Position numbers and translations under genes: made by a program. A DNA stretch of 62,514 nucleotides, counting the filler, from Globobulimina sp. (lineage: Eukaryota), in NCBI GenBank assembly GCA_003354225.1. It is 31 parts of 31 records of this genome, joined end to end, with 100 filler letters (N's around TTAATTAATTAA, not from the genome) between each part and the next. Parts side by side here need not be neighbours in the genome. Positions count along the whole stretch, not along the records: positions 12,127 to 14,047 come from PIVH01010580.1; positions 14,148 to 16,068 come from PIVH01010581.1; positions 16,169 to 18,089 come from PIVH01010582.1; positions 18,190 to 20,109 come from PIVH01010583.1; positions 20,210 to 22,129 come from PIVH01010584.1; positions 22,230 to 24,149 come from PIVH01010585.1; 25 more parts are not named here. One strand, given 5' to 3'. The notes under the pieces are model-generated. The model worked only from the letters and a program-made list of their open reading frames with translations. It was not told the DNA's origin and made no database searches. Below are positions 12,539 to 24,249 of this stretch, piece after piece (within the stretch, counting starts at the first letter, position 1; each line of letters begins with the position of its first letter).

Positions 12539-13987
12539 ATGTTTCACAAAGTTAGAGGCATGATTATCATATCTTTAATTGCCAACCAACAAATAAACTG
12601 CATATCATATCATATCAACAACAACAACAGTTATTCAGCACATCAATACGACGCATTGGATATGTTGCCTGTGCCTCTGCAGCCTCTATAATACCGCAAT
12701 CATCTGAAACAAACGATTGCTTTTCCAAATGGGAGGACGCCTATCAATGGTCGCAATTGCAACAAAAGCAACAAAAGCAACAACAAGAAAGCCAATTGAA
12801 CCCCGACGATTCCTCTCCATTCCAACACCCACTGCAAAAAACGTCGAGTGCCTACGAATATGATCTCAAACTGTTGGCGGATATGGCTGACGACTTTGTG
12901 TTGATGCACGGCACGAATTGCATAGAATTGACCAACGAAATCGCCACTATTTTGCAAAAAGACGTCTCGGCGCTACAATTGGGTCGCTATGCCGACGGCG
13001 AAATATCTGTCCGATTAGGTACTCACTTTTAACATATTTCCGTTTTGCTTTATATTTAAAATAGCAACACCGCACAAATCAGGCGAGAACGTGCGCGGTA
13101 AATCGGTATATATCATACAGAGCACTTCGACGCCGGTCCACGAAAACCTGATGGAACTCCTATTGACCATCAGCGCAGCGCGACGCTCCTCTGCCTTGAA
13201 GATCTGTGCAATCATTCCATATTTTGGATATAGCCGAGCCGACCACAAACGCGGCAAACGGCAAACCATCGCATGCTCAGATATTGCCAAATTGTTTGAG
13301 ACCGTCGGCGTGGATCAGATTGTGACGGTTGATTTGCACCGCAAACAAATCCAAGGCTTCTTTGAAAAGCCAAACAAGGACAGTTTGGAGTCTCTGCGCG
13401 CGATTTTGCCGGTTTTGCTGGAGAAGGACTTGTTTAATCCGGTGATTTGCTGCGCGTCGGATACGGGCGTGTTTCGCGCGAAAAAATTGGCCGCATTGCT
13501 GCAGGTCGAAGGCATTTTGGCCAGCATTGCCTTCATAACAAGCCGGCGCGGCTCGGATAAAATGATTGAATTTCAAGAGATCTCGAGTCATCACAAGATA
13601 TCCAACATCAATGAGACGGAGATCATCGGCGATGTCTGTCATAAGGATGTGATCATTTTGGATGATATGATTGATACTGGAGCGAGATTGATAAATGCAG
13701 TGCATCGGTGTAAAGACGCGGGCGCGTTTCGGATATTTGCGTTCGCCACGCATGGCATTTTCAGTGGCGACGCACTTTGGAAAGTGAATAAATGCGAGCA
13801 GTTGGATGAAATCTTTGTGACGAACACGATTTATCCGCCACGGATTGCCACCATAGCGGCGACTGACGAGGACTGGTTGGACTGTGACAAGTTGTCGTAT
13901 GTGTCGATTGGGCCAATTATTGCCGAGGCCATCCGGAGAATACAAATCCGCAATTCGCTATCTTCCATGACTCACATTCCAACTTAG
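12539..13987 (+). CDS. PRPS: Ribose-phosphate pyrophosphokinase (PRPP synthetase) homologue with N-terminal extension
   Basis: YADGEISVRLGENVRGKSVYIIQST, IIPYFGYSRAD, TVDLH, LDDMIDTG, ATHGIFSG; introns 12551-12630 and 13019-13082 give one continuous frame. Confidence 0.92.
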
Positions 13988-14430
13988 TTATATACTTAGA
14001 AGACAAGTCTTGCGCTTTTAAACTTTAATTTGCACACACAAAAAAAANNNNNNNNNNNNNNNNNNNNNNNNNNNNNNNNNNNNNNNNNNNNTTAATTAAT
14101 TAANNNNNNNNNNNNNNNNNNNNNNNNNNNNNNNNNNNNNNNNNNNNCATTTATTACCATTCACAGCACCGTCAAATGAATTTCGTAAAAGCGATATGAA
14201 TTTATTTTATTACAAAACAAAGATTACAAAACCACAGCAAGTGAGGGATGGCTCAATTGGTTCACGCAAGTGATGTTTGGACAGCCCTCATCGATCTGTA
14301 ATACAATAATTAATGATATTTATATCAACAATATAAAATTAGGAATCATATCTTATCAATTAGTAAATCACTGTAACTAACCTAAATAACAATACTGTAG
14401 TAATCTACACTTGGTTTTTATATATGTCCG

Positions 14431-14568
14431 TTACACTGTAATAAACTGTGTGTAATGATTGGTTGATTTCATTACATGATTGTTACAACCAGTTCATTAC
14501 ATGATTATTTTGTAGTATCATTACAAGTAATGATCATATTTTGTATCATTGAGATCATTACAATGTAT
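14431..14568 (+). repeat. Dispersed repeat, copy 1 (TTACACTGTAAT...GTAATGATTGGTTGA...TGTTACAA...)
   Basis: Diverged direct copy at 15594-15703. Confidence 0.75.
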
Positions 14569-14742
14569 CCATTACACAGATTAACGAAGTCCACTTTACA
14601 GTCAACATCAACATTTTTAAAGTTACTTCTCAGCCAATGAAAGCATGTCTTCGTTGTGCTCGAGAAAAGCATCCGTTTAATCAACAACAGAATCAGCGAG
14701 CAATGCCATTGCAAATCGCAACAGCATATTGCTGTATTATAG

Positions 14743-14753
14743 TATCCTTGCAC
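14743..14753 (+). promoter_or_regulatory. TATCCTYGCAC motif copy
   Basis: TATCCTTGCAC; gene context unclear. Confidence 0.35.
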
Positions 14754-14795
14754 GTAATATGTACAACAACAGTTTATGACCCATCCACACATAAA

Positions 14796-15575
14796 TCAAC
14801 AACAACAATGGCTCCAACTTATGATGATCAACAAACTGAATTTCGAAATGGAATCTTTAAATACGCGGATTGAATATAATGGTCCGCATTTATGACCTTT
14901 TGCATGCAATTCATCGTTTAAAAATAATGTGTTTTTGAATTTGGTCGGTTCCCGGTACATACAATAACGATGCAATTTACATGAATTATCACACAAAACC
15001 ATTTTAGGAGCTTCATCATCGGGATACATCATCATTATTAAAGAAAACATATCATTTACTGATTCTGGATGAGCTAAAACATGATCTCCAATGATTTCTT
15101 CATGTTCTAAACATTTTACAACTATCAATCCATTTGACATCTGACCGTATGTGTTATAATATTTATTACAATCACCATGTTCCATATCTGTTTCATCCAG
15201 CTTCGTATTTTTGGATCTGGTTTTCTTTGGTTTTTCTGAATTAAAATCATATGTCGGCCTTGTTTGATGTACATTATATCCATACATACAGCCGGATGTA
15301 CTCTTGGAAAATATGGTTTGATGTTGCAATTCAGCTTTGGGTATAGATGGTGATTCAGATCTGGCATCTTCTAATCCAGCAATATAATTATTTGACAAAG
15401 TGGCAATATCTTGTATTAACTCAATCCATTCAGATGGTGGTTCCTTTCCAATTCGAATAAATCCATTTATTGAATGATAAATATATGGTGAATAATCAAC
15501 AATTAATTGCTTTACATTTGGCCAATCGGAGTGCGAATACGTTTTTAATATTGTAGTCAATGAATTTGGTTGCAA
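14796..15575 (-). mobile_element. KDZ (Kyakuja-Dileera-Zisupton)-superfamily transposase fragment
   Basis: CNKYY...NGLIVVKCLEH...PESVND...VLCDNSCKLHRYCMYREP..FKNTLFLNDELHAKGHKC matches the KDZ RNase H-fold pattern (CxH, E, D-x2-C, D-x2-H-x3-H-x-C); the final E-containing helix is missing. Confidence 0.75.
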
Positions 15576-15593
15576 GATATATCGATATTTTAA

Positions 15594-15703
15594 TTACACT
15601 GTAATGAACTGTTTGTAATGATTGGTTGAATTTTGTACATGTTTGTTACAATCAGTTGATTGCATGAAATGATCATTTTTGTATCATTTATATCATTACA
15701 ATA
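15594..15703 (+). repeat. Dispersed repeat, copy 2
   Basis: Similar to 14431-14568; abuts the 5' break of the transposase frame. Confidence 0.75.
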
Positions 15704-15722
15704 TGTTTATTACAGCAACATA

Positions 15723-16068
15723 CATCATATCAATCACATGTATCTCATCATCAATGATGAATGGAACAAAGCTTTTTTTATTTTTGAATGCAGCATCCCT
15801 TAAAACCTCTGAAAACATAAAACTAGCATTTTTTATGCAATTTAGGATCATATCATAATGGGGTTTTTTTATATCTTTGACAAGTTTATTCTGAATACAG
15901 GTTGTATTCTGTTTGCTGATTCTCAAAATGTAAATAGTTTTGTTGTTATCATTCTGAAAAAATGCCAGTTTTATGTTTTCAGAGGTTTTAAGGGATGCTG
16001 CATTCAAAAATAAAAAAAGCTTTGTTCCATTCCTCATTCATGATGAGATACATGTGATTGATATGATG
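15723..16068. mobile_element. Inverted repeat / MITE-like element (arms ~15723-15833 and ~15958-16068)
   Basis: About 110-bp arms that are reverse complements with a few substitutions; spacer ~125 bp; right arm cut by the contig end. Confidence 0.65.
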
Positions 16069-16440
16069 NNNNNNNNNNNNNNNNNNNNNNNNNNNNNNNN
16101 NNNNNNNNNNNNTTAATTAATTAANNNNNNNNNNNNNNNNNNNNNNNNNNNNNNNNNNNNNNNNNNNNTTAAATATTAAATATCCAAAAATTAAAATATC
16201 AATGCAACAAACAAGTGATTATGATGGTGACAGGCAAGATTTATTAATTTTTGACTGTGTGTGATTGTCTTTTATTAAATGGTTTGTATGTCACGTGTTA
16301 TTTCTAAATCTTCATGTTTCATTTGTATGTCTATTATTAAACAAAGTGTATGAATTAAATGGACACAGAAACACCAAAGAAATCACTTGCAGCTCCATCA
16401 TTTGGTAATATTTTCTTCATAGATTGAGCATTTACTGAGG

Positions 16441-16790
16441 ATGACGGCAGCTGTTAATATCGGAAAATATTCGAATTCGCCAGATAGCATTGAAAACAAC
16501 AAAAAATCAGCACATGTGCCAATAACAAGTAATATTTGTAAATATGGCACAAATTCAATGCATGGCATTATAATGATTTGTATTGGTACAGTGATGTATG
16601 GTGTATTAGGCACAATAGTTCGTTTATCGATGCTCGGCGGAGATCGCGTCCCTTATAATTCAAACGCCGCATTAGTAACAGCAGAATGTGGCAAATTGGG
16701 TGTACTGTAACAGCTATTTTATTATTTTATTTGCAAGGTATTGCTGGTGGTATTAAGTCAATTGTTGTAGCTGCTGTATTTTTATATAAA
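16441..16790 (+). pseudogene. Nucleotide-sugar transporter (SLC35A-like) N-terminal fragment
   Basis: TM segment followed by VPYNSNAALVTAECGKL (Y...AV...E..K motif); the rest of the gene is missing. Confidence 0.45.
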
Positions 16791-17246
16791 TCACCAAAAA
16801 AATATATGTAATTTATTACCTGTTGTCCAGTGCTTATTTTTCATCTAAACGCTATTAAAAAACTGTTTTGAATTGTCATGTCGTCCTAACTTTACATCCA
16901 TAGTCCATACATCATGCATCATAATTTGGCTTTCACCGCCATTCCATTCCATTCCATTCCATTCTTCATAATTGCAAGTTTTCACCGTTTTTATCTTTAA
17001 GCTTACTTACTCGAGTTCGATCGTCGCTTGTCAACGATTAATTTAACAATTTCATTGTGGTGATTTGTATACAAGTTTATATATTCTTATCAGATCATCA
17101 CAAGCTAGGTTTAGAAATCGACACAAACACAAAAAAGGTACATAACATCACATCATCTCTACGTGTCTTAGTGTGCAAATTATTAAAACAACTTAATTCA
17201 AACCCAAACCAAATAGCTACCAAACATTTCTTTATAACTTACAACC

Positions 17247-18089
17247 ATGAATCCAACCACACCAATACAGCCACAACAAGCTCAAAACATGCAACAAAAC
17301 GCATCAACACAACAACAACAACCACAAAACCCACAGCAATTCTCATTAAATCTATTCGAGGCACAACAATTAGCAGTCCAACAACAACAACAACAATTAA
17401 ATACAGTGAATCACATCTCTATACCACCCGCATTACAGCCATTGTCATCGCCATCCAATCCCAACTCTGATCATTCACACTATAATTTTTACCCTCCGCA
17501 TCCCACAAACAATGCGAATTTGCGCAATAATAAGAATAATAATAATAATTCCAATAATGAGCCACCGCAAGCCGCCGTCTTACAAGATTTTCCTGCCATA
17601 TCCTGCCGAAAGAATGGGTATTCCCCGCCTTCCTCAGCCAATGACAACATAGTAAACAGTCCAAACTCGTCCAGTAACAGTGGCAACAACAAACATCCCA
17701 GTTTTGATTATAAACTGTTAAGTCGCAGATTGCGCGATCAATTACCAAATAAAGAGCTGATTTGGAGCGAAAAGGCCAATCAAAATGAACGCGTCTTCGA
17801 ACAATTAGATCGGCCCTTGGTCGAAGCCTTGTTATTACCCAAACATAGACCGCAAATCTTGCAATACGAGCAACGCATTATTGACTTTCTAGTATCTGAG
17901 GAATGGTCGTATAGGTTCCCTGCCAATCTATCGTCGTTCAATAGGTTATTACTGCACCGCTTGTCTGAGACATTCAAATTAGACCATCACGTGGAATATG
18001 TCGGCAATGAGAGGTCGCAAATGGAGAAAAACCACAGAGGGCTGCGAGACGACCAAAATAAGGCGGTGACTATCTACAAAATGGAGAAG
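17247..18089 (+). CDS. R3H-domain RNA-binding protein (R3HDM/encore-like), 3' partial
   Basis: Q/N-rich N-terminus, then RPQILQYEQRIIDFL...YRFPANLSSFNRLLLHRLSETFKLDH (RxxxH). Confidence 0.85.
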
Positions 18090-18189
18090 NNNNNNNNNNN
18101 NNNNNNNNNNNNNNNNNNNNNNNNNNNNNNNNNTTAATTAATTAANNNNNNNNNNNNNNNNNNNNNNNNNNNNNNNNNNNNNNNNNNNN

Positions 18190-18635
18190 TATTGTATGGG
18201 TCCTATTATTTGCCCTCTTTCAATCTATTCCAAGAGAGCTATGCTAGTATGGATGCTGAAAAAATAAATTTAAATGGAACTGGCCATTTTACACAAAATC
18301 CGGATGACATGGAACAATTTTTTAAAAACAAAAATGATTATAAAATAAGATGGAAATCTTGCGATTTTGAAGCTGGCGATATATTAATATTTACCATGAG
18401 AACTGCGCATATGTCGTCTCTTAATCAGAGCAAAAAGAATAAAGTGAGAATTTCATGTGATACACGATGGTTAAATGCAAATGAAACTGCGGATCATAGA
18501 TTTGTTGAAAACAAACAAAAAAAATTAATGGGACCTGGAATGAAATTCGGTTTACATAATACTGATGATGATCAGATGGAGCATGATAAGAATCAAGTTA
18601 CTATCAAACAACTCAGGCAAAAATGGGGAATTTAA
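18190..18635 (+). CDS. Phytanoyl-CoA dioxygenase (PhyH)-family 2OG-Fe(II) oxygenase C-terminus
   Basis: DFEAGDILIFTMRTAHMS...RISCDTRW (distal His and 2OG-binding Arg). Confidence 0.75.
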
Positions 18636-18662
18636 ATTTTATCATCAATCATAAATTTTTTG

Positions 18663-18673
18663 TATCCTCGCAC
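18663..18673 (+). promoter_or_regulatory. TATCCTYGCAC 3' motif
   Basis: TATCCTCGCAC, 27 bp after the + strand stop at 18635. Confidence 0.55.
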
Positions 18674-18705
18674 TCAGTGTATAATTTGTTTGAAGATCCC
18701 CTTTA

Positions 18706-18717
18706 TGTGCGAGGATA
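18706..18717 (-). promoter_or_regulatory. TATCCTYGCAC 3' motif
   Basis: TATCCTCGCACA on the - strand, ~260 bp downstream of the - strand PH gene stop at 18978. Confidence 0.5.
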
Positions 18718-18977
18718 GGAAAAATAGAACCTTATGGCATATGGACAAATGATGAATATTTGTACATAGTACTTTTTTAACGCAAACTTTTTTTAATTCT
18801 CTTCGCAAAAACATTTGGGTTTATATTATCTCCTGAAGTCCTAAACCCAGCTTTGTTTCAGCAATCTGTGAGTCTTGGAATCTGACTTAGTAACTAAAGT
18901 AGCAATATGTCGCACACCCACATGATTGCTGTGACAATGAATTCGAAATTGTTGTAAAAGATGGTACAGTAACAGTA

Positions 18978-19852
18978 CTATTGATTGTCATCGTTAAAAC
19001 ATAATTCGTAAATAATTGAATACCATTCCTCTCTTTCCGTACTTGATGGACATAAAAACTTCCACTGCCTTGAATGCGTTGTTATATCTAACTGATTTTT
19101 CCCTGTTTTAATAACTTGTTTTGCCTCTTTTAAATCGACTACACCGCGATGCATTTCATTCAAACTTTTATAATAAAACATCTGTTTATTTTCATACAGT
19201 TTAAAATATCTTTTTTGAAACGATTTATTGAATAAAGCTCCTTTTTTCATCATCCAACCCTCCCTTAATATGATTGTATCATTATTTATTTTATCTATAT
19301 AAATATTACTATATTTCATTACAATTTGTATTAAACAGTACATTTATAGCGCATACCAATTGTTTCAGTTTTATGTTTTGTCTGCAATGCGTTAAATGAG
19401 TCAACTGCCTTTGCGATATTTTTAACAATCTTTGAGGTGATATCATTCTCCAATTTATCATTTAGTTTTTCTTCAATTTCTGGTGGTTTATAACTATCTT
19501 TTATATGTCCATCAATTTCGATATCATCTGGATTTTGTACTGTATATGTTGTCGCATCATGATCATTATGGTCATCATCACTCGATTCCAACATTGATAA
19601 ATTGCAGAATTCACTCAAATCAAATTGAGAATTATCATTTTTTGGAATCACAGGAATAACAACATGTACATCATCAGGATTTACATCATTTTTATTGTTG
19701 TTACTATAATTAGCAAATTGTTCATTTACATGAGTGTCTGTGTTATTCTCATCACTAGATTCCAATATTGACACATCCATAAATTGTGTTACATCAAATC
19801 CATCGTTACAATTTATTGTATTATTATTATTGTTACAATCTAGTGTTGACAT
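18978..19852 (-). CDS. PH-domain protein with acidic N-terminus
   Basis: LREGWMMKKGALFNKSFQKRYFKL...RGVVDL...EREEWYSII; intron 19295-19356 joins the two ORFs in frame. Confidence 0.88.
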
Positions 19853-19889
19853 TCGAAGAATATGTATTTTTGAAGTAAACACTCACAGC

Positions 19890-20109
19890 ATGTCACAAAA
19901 GACCTGGATCTTTCTGGATCCGTTAAAATGTCCCTGCTATGCAGCACCATGTATGTAGTTGCATAACTCAGCATAAGTATACATAAAACAGATATTTATG
20001 AATTAAATGAACATATATATATAAACGTATATAGGTTTACTAAATGATAAATATGTAGTACTTGTAGGTGACAGTGATAAAGGCAAGATTTATAGTTGTA
20101 ATTTAGAAG
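19890..20109 (+). CDS. Kelch-like repeat fragment (3' partial)
   Basis: MSQKTWIFLDPLKCPCYAAP, intron 19951-20034, then CLLNDKYVVLVGDSDKGKIYSCNLE. Confidence 0.4.
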
Positions 20110-20209
20110 NNNNNNNNNNNNNNNNNNNNNNNNNNNNNNNNNNNNNNNNNNNNTTAATTAATTAANNNNNNNNNNNNNNNNNNNNNNNNNNNNNNNNNNN
20201 NNNNNNNNN

Positions 20210-20806
20210 CGGTTTTTCCGGACCAAAGTGCCCTAAAGTGCCAAAAACTCACGAGTCAAACTTAATTCGTGTACGCCGGATCGAACGAGACATACTAGAG
20301 CTCTCGTGCTATCTTCGTTCATGAGTTATGGGGTCTCGAAGCGAAAGTGTCAAAATTGGAAATTTTCTCAAAATGGCCTGAAGATACTGTTTCTAGACTA
20401 ATTTTTGATGTAGAGTTCATTTTTCTTACCCAAAAGATCGATTTCTTGATCAAATCGTCGAAACAACGGTAATTTCGGAAAAACTTTTTTTTTGTAATTT
20501 TGTGAAAATACCATAAAAATAATTTTTTGTTAATGACCCCATTTCGACGATTTTATCAAGAAATCGAACTTTTGGGTGCGAAAAATGAACTCTACATCAA
20601 AAATTAGCCTAGAAACAGTATCTTCAGGCCATTTTGAGAAAGTTTCCAATTTTGACAATTTCGCTTCGAGACCCCATAACTCATGAACGAAGATAGCACG
20701 AGAGCTCTAGTATGTCTCATTCGATCCGGCGTACACGAATTAAGTTTGACTCGTGAGTTTTTGGCACTTTAGGGCACTTTTTAAGCAACTTGGTCCGGAA
20801 AAACCG
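20210..20806. mobile_element. Long palindromic (foldback/MITE-like) element, arms 20210-20463 and 20542-20806
   Basis: About 255-bp arms in reverse complement, with scattered substitutions and one ~11-bp indel; 78-bp loop. Confidence 0.8.
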
Positions 20807-22229
20807 TTTTTTGGGCTTTTTGACCTTTTTTGGTTCCGACCCATTTCAGAAAAATGATAATAACTCCTGAATGAATTGAGCAAAAGGATTGAAATTTTTT
20901 TTAGGATATCCCCAAGGAATATGCTATCGATTGAGTGATTTGCAGCAAAATTGGCTTGTTGGCAAAAAAAACGATTTTTCGGGATTTTTCAATCTGTATG
21001 GCAATTTTTTTGAAATTTTCGAATTTTGAAAAAATAATGCCTGATTCAGATTCGCCTCGTTCAGGGATCCTTTTTGGTATATAAATGTCTTGGGTTGCAT
21101 CACTAGCAAAACAGTTATTCTCAAGCAAAGATTTTGGCCAACCTTTTTTAGACAAACTTTAGATCACGATGGTTTGGCCGTTGAAAAAACCTTTAAATTA
21201 TTCTAATAACTTTTATGGCAAATTGTTTGCTATATTTTAAAACTTTCTGGGTAAAACAGCACCGTAGAATATTTTTAAGACCATCCCGAAGTCTCTAAAT
21301 TAAACCTTCATGGAGAAATCGGCAAAAAACTACTTTTTCGCTAAGTGTCGCTGTGATCGTTGCGTGAGGTGCTTGCGTCGACGCTGGTCTCGCGCGGAAA
21401 CCTGCTGATCTTCAAATAAACGCCTTATATTTCTTTAGCGATAAATTTAATCACTTAAAAAAAAAGTCCACGAACTAGCCGATGCTTTTCTGCGTCGATT
21501 CCAATTTATTTGGTGTCTGCCGATGTTGTAGTCTTTGTGTTATACTTCAACTACTAAGGTGCCTTTTTCGTCTTTTCCGCAAAACAAAAACTGGCGACAA
21601 CACGCACGCTCGGCGCTGATTGGTCGGTTAGCAGGTTGGCGCGAAAATCGATGCTCGTTGTCATGGCGATGGGTGGGACTTATTTGCATACGAGCGGATC
21701 GCTTTTACGGCAATAAAACAGGAGTTACTGGTGGATTTTGCAAAAAGTGTAATATGGTAAAAACATCTCCAAACTTTTAGCTTTCTATTGGGATATAAAC
21801 GAACAGTTTTCGTTAAAATTTGGCCGAATAATAGACAATTTAAGGTAAAAAACCCCGTTTTCGGCCAAACCATCGTGAACCCAAATATGCATAATAACAC
21901 CCAAAACAATGCAGTGATAATAGGAGATGTAATGTACCAACCATAATGTATACTATGACATTTTATTATAGGATGTTTTGCAAGTGATTGATCTTTAATG
22001 TACTCTGACGATACAATACATCATGTGTTTTGTGAGTGGCAATTGGGTGATAGGTCATTAGAGTACGCTGATTAAGACCAGGTTTACACAGTATATTATT
22101 ATTGATTATATTACTTATTGTGCAGCTAANNNNNNNNNNNNNNNNNNNNNNNNNNNNNNNNNNNNNNNNNNNNTTAATTAATTAANNNNNNNNNNNNNNN
22201 NNNNNNNNNNNNNNNNNNNNNNNNNNNNN

Positions 22230-23969
22230 TCCTCCGATATTTATCTTATTCCATGCAATAGGCTCACAATTTGGTAGCATAAATTCTAAATAACCATCAA
22301 AACCATTACCATTTTCAATCATTTTTAATATAAATTGTAAATATTTATGATATGGATTCCAATATGTTTTGCTCAAACATTTATGCATTGAGTCTAGATC
22401 TTCAAACGACATTGAAAAATAATATAAATTCTTGCTTTGGTTTTGCAAAAATTGGCACATATCATCAACCAAATCATTTATACTCTCTGTCATATAATAA
22501 TATCCATATCGCCAGTTGTTTGTATCATTTACTTTGTTGTTTGTGTCTAAATCAGGAATTAATATATTTATTTTTAATGTTTGTAATTGTTTATGTGCTG
22601 TTAATGTGGATAATAAATGTGTTGCATTCTTAGCTGTAAATACTGATATATTAATATGCTGCAATGATTTGAATGAAACATTCGTTAATTCAAAACCATC
22701 CATTTCCATGATATTCATATCTGGGTCGTCGAGTATCGCTGTTCGCAAATCGCACGATTCAAGAACTTTGCATTTAAACCAAGTTAAATTCGGATATAAT
22801 TTGAATATATATCTTAAAAACGTTGCATAATCAATTAAACAATATTTATTATGTTTTAATCCTCGTAGTTTCATTGCTTGGTTGCGCCAGGTCGAATCGC
22901 TTAGATTTATTTCAATATTCAATGTCTTAAAATCTTTTTGTTTCTTTGCTTTATTTATCATATTTGCTGATGATAATAAGTTATTACATTGAGATTCAAA
23001 TTGTTTTGCAATTGGTAAAGTTAACACTAATTTGCATGACTGTAATGTTGGTATGTTCCATAACCAATATATTGGATGATATTCATCCAAATCATTTAAA
23101 TAACTGTCACTGAAGTCACCCGGTAATAAGTCCAAATGCAATAAGTTTGATTTAGTAAGTAAACAACTTTTGATATTTAAATCTTGAGCACATGGATTTA
23201 TCCATAAATATCGATGATTGAGATAATACTCTCTTTCAGCACGAATAGATTTTGCTTTCAACAAAATACTTTTCGCTGTGCTTCGTAAATAAGTTCGTAT
23301 TGCTTTTACTGTTACATTGTCAGCATATTTTATATTTTTATTAATAATCTCACCATTCAAAATTGTACATTTGTTTGTATATGAGGTTAAAGGTTTTGAC
23401 GTAATTTTCAATAGATTTGCTTTGTAATTCTCTACTTTTCCACGAAGAAATGTTGTTTTGGGGCCATAATGTGTTAAATATGGATAGATTTGCAATGATC
23501 CAACATTATTATAATTAAATAAATGCGGTTCTTTGATTACTTCGCTTTGGATAAATTTATTTGTAATTTTTAAATGATATTTTGCAATGGATTGGGATGC
23601 GGATTTTAAAAAAAATAAATTGACTCTACATAATTTTGCTCTATTTTTTTGATGTAAAAATGATATGCATTGAGATAATAATAATTGAGGTAATTTATTG
23701 AAGATCGATGAATGTTTGAATAATTTAGTTTTTCTAAATTTTTTAGTGGATGCTTTAAGAATTGATAAATGGATGGAAGAGTTTGAATGATTTGCATTAA
23801 AACATTTTGATTTGTTTGAAGGCGTAAAAAAGAAATTTAAATAAATTAACAACAATTCTTTCACCATGTTTCCAGTGAATTTGCGAATTACCATTTTTCG
23901 TACTTTGGAGGGTGAAGCATTATTAATTTTGGAATGCAATGATAAAATCTCTACAAAATCAGGTTCCAT
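22230..23969 (-). CDS. F-box-like protein with degenerate LRR-like region (3' partial)
   Basis: IFNKLPQLLLSQCISFLHQKNRAKLCRVNLFF is F-box-like; LQHINISV / LQTLKINI repeats follow. Confidence 0.55.
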
Positions 23970-24249
23970 CTCTACAAAAATGAAATATTCTGGAAGGAAA
24001 ATAGGTTAAAAATATAATGTTAAAAGTGTCTCCCATCTAGTGATTTGATTGGTTTCTTAGTGAACATTTTAAGGTTTTTCATATAATGTTAAAAACGAAA
24101 ACTTTATTTAATCGCTTCGATTTATAAAAAAACATACTCGCAACCATAANNNNNNNNNNNNNNNNNNNNNNNNNNNNNNNNNNNNNNNNNNNNTTAATTA
24201 ATTAANNNNNNNNNNNNNNNNNNNNNNNNNNNNNNNNNNNNNNNNNNNN

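Noticed and set aside
13277-13945. 222-aa minus-strand ORF
   Set aside because: Antisense shadow of the GC-richer PRPS exon.
15696-16037. 113-aa ORF
   Set aside because: Lies within the inverted repeat; no protein features.
18663-18717. Terminator hairpin or snRNA stem
   Set aside because: The 11-bp inverted repeat is better explained as two opposed copies of the dispersed TATCCTYGCAC motif, which occurs singly elsewhere.
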